A stretch of 64,000 bases of DNA from positions 3,472,001 to 3,536,000 of the forward strand of contig MU063048.1 in assembly GCA_013265495.1 (NCBI GenBank), read 5' to 3'. A program made the translations under genes and the position numbers. Positions 61,711 to 64,000 of the stretch are shown one piece after another. Every line of letters begins with the position of its first letter. Position 1 is the first letter of the stretch. The notes beneath the pieces were generated by a model. That model searched no databases and was not told where the DNA came from. It saw nothing but the letters and a program-made list of their open reading frames with translations. This stretch comes from Vicugna vicugna (taxonomy: Eukaryota).

Positions 61711-64000
61711 TTTGTTTTGGTAAGAGTCTTACAGAGGTACTATTTGGTAAGGGCGTGTAAATTCACTCAAAATTGTTCATTTCCATCACTTGCAGATCTT
61801 AGGGTCTGATTCTCTGTTAGGACCAGGGGAGCGGCAGGCACACCTGGTGGCCTTCTCCATGCAACAGAGAAATGGAATTAGCACAAGAGATGGGAAATCC
61901 CAGCCGCCAGTCAGCTTGGCGACGCTGGGCGGCCAGTGGGGATGGAGTCCTCTGAGGAAAGGGAGGGTTTTTCTGAACCATTGCCTCAGGAGGGAAATAA
62001 TCACACCAGGTTTAGCCTCCAGCGGTCCAAGCTGTTTCTCCAAGTCTTTGGAAGCTTTTCAAACCAGTTCCAAAGGTTTTTACAAAAGCGAAACGGCTCT
62101 GAAACCTCCTGTCCGGGTGCCGAGCCCCGCTGAATGGAGGGGTGTGACGCGGCTTTCTGGGTGCTTGTTTGGATTTCAGGAACGGAGCAAGGTAAGCTGG
62201 ACGCCTCTTCCTGCTCTGACTCTTAAAGAAAAAACTTGCCCCAAACGCTTGAAAGAAACCACGGACGTTTCCTAACTTCAGAAGAGCAGGAATCTAACAG
62301 GGGAGGAAAGAAACTCGCAGTTAGAGGCCCAGGATGCAGCCAAGACACAGCAAGGGGGTGCGGGTCGGGGTGGATGTCAACACACAGCACTTGAGGTTGT
62401 GTGTTTTTTTGCATTTTGTTTTGTTCTTGTGTGGACTTCCCTTCTAAAAGGATGAAACAGAAACACACTGCACGGTCTGAAATGGTTCCCTTTTCCTTCT
62501 GCTGTGGGCTCCTTGGCTTGGCAGTTCACCGCCAGGAAGAGAGGCAGTCTTGGCGGTGAGGGATGGGTTAAAGGACAAGGCCGCCTGGGGCCTGGCTGGC
62601 TGGCCACAGGCCTCACCGTGGGCTGGCTTTCCTGGGGAGCCTCCACCCTGGCCCCTGGGCAGCTCCGCGTGTGAGTTTTCACCCCGAGGAACTGTGGGTG
62701 CATCATCCTCACCCTGTTGGAGGCATCTAACTTTATAGTCCCCTTTGGACCCCCACCCCAGCCCTGAGCCACTGGGCAAGACCAGGGAGCAGCACTCAGC
62801 CTCTCTTTTGGGGGCAGGAAAGAAGGGTCCGCCGCTGCCGGGCCTTGGATGAGACCCAGGGGACCCGAGGTCCCTCATCCCACAAGCCCCACCACGGCGC
62901 CACGAGATGTCAGGGGACCCGTCCTCCCCGCACCGTTCCTTGCTGTGGAAACCCACCGTCAGGACACGGGCTAAAGTCCCGTGACTTGGGGGAGCTCCTA
63001 GGCCTCGGAACCCCACTTGACAGGTGCATCAAAGGTCCCTGTCTCGTTGCTGGTGGCTGAGAGCACAGAAGATGCCTGGGGAGGGGAGGGACGTCCGTCT
63101 CCTCCAGTGGGACCAGGTCACCTGGAGACACCCGGTGCTTCACAGGCTAGGAAATGCATAAAATAAAAATTCCATTTCTCAAAAGGAAGCCTTGGACCAC
63201 TGGGGACAAACGCGCGGTCTGACTTGACTTCTCTCACAGCGCTCACACCCCTCAACCCCCGCCCCACATGTGGCCTCAGGTCCCCAGGGCCAGCTCTCCA
63301 GGCCCGGGTGGGGGGCGTGGGGGGAGGGGCGGGGCTGCCCAGAGCCTCTGAGAGCTTTTTGCCCATCGCTGAAATCAAGAGATGAATTCTTTCCCCAAAG
63401 CAGGTGCAAAGGTCGGTGCAAAGACCTACATGAAAATACTGGGACACAGGGTTTTTGCCCCAAAACGCACTCCAATCTGTCTCTGCCTTTTACACAGAGA
63501 CATTGCCTATGAGGAATGGCCCCCAGCTCTAGCGAAGGATGCGGGTTTTGTTCTCCTGGTGTTGAGATTCATGGAAGTGGGGAAGAGATGCAGAATTTTC
63601 AGCCACTGATTTTCTAGACCCTTGAGAATTCTAGAAGCTAAGAGCTACTTCCAAGAGATCAACAGTAAAACCATCTGCATTCCTTTTTAAAGCAGCACAT
63701 TCATCACAGCCTGAGGAGACCAGAAGTAAAAGGGAGCGAGTGGGTTCTCCTGGATCTGCTCGGGGCACTCCCTCCCTCCTGGGAGCGGCGGGGTCGGGGG
63801 GGCTCTTTGTTGTTGGGGAGGAAAGAGCACCTGACGGCGTCTGACCTCTGCCCGGAGCCGGGCAGCCCTGGGAAGGGCACTGAGTCCAGAAGCGGCTTCA
63901 GGTGGCGTTCAGGCGGGCCTCCTCTCCCTGGACGTGCCCCACCCGACCTCCCTGTTTCTCTGCCTTCTCCCCGCACCGCTGCCGCCGTCAGACTCGGAGG

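Noticed and set aside
39300-64000. A second protein-coding gene downstream of MYLK4
   Set aside because: No ORF with recognisable homology and no consistent exon chain; a lncRNA cannot be excluded from sequence alone.

Overview
Mammalian genomic DNA, most likely a camelid (camel/alpaca/llama), judged from a camelid-type tRNA-derived SINE at 12.8-12.95 kb; it is a draft assembly with two N gaps. The window holds the 3' part of MYLK4 (myosin light chain kinase family member 4) on the + strand. Ten coding exons from 15096 to the stop at 32962 splice in frame into 336 aa with an intact kinase domain, and a non-coding last exon runs from 35466 to a poly(A) signal at 39226. I did not find the canonical first coding exon (MLKVKRLEE... 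in human), so it is probably upstream of the window; exon numbers follow the human gene by analogy and from memory. The rest (about 39.3-64 kb) is GC-rich intergenic DNA with old L1/L2/MIR/MER/MLT relics, microsatellites and a co-oriented CTCF motif cluster; I found no second convincing protein-coding gene. The most interesting signal is a pair of extra, phase-compatible exons (15513-15963 and 17075-17313, the second ending at a GC donor) that would insert 230 aa ahead of the kinase domain and define a long MYLK4 isoform, with further phase-1 candidate exons upstream. Also notable are L1 fossils rewritten into CpG-rich DNA, an in-frame retainable 75-nt intron, and a tandem intronic poly(A) signal after the stop codon. 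All calls are by eye; no searches were run.
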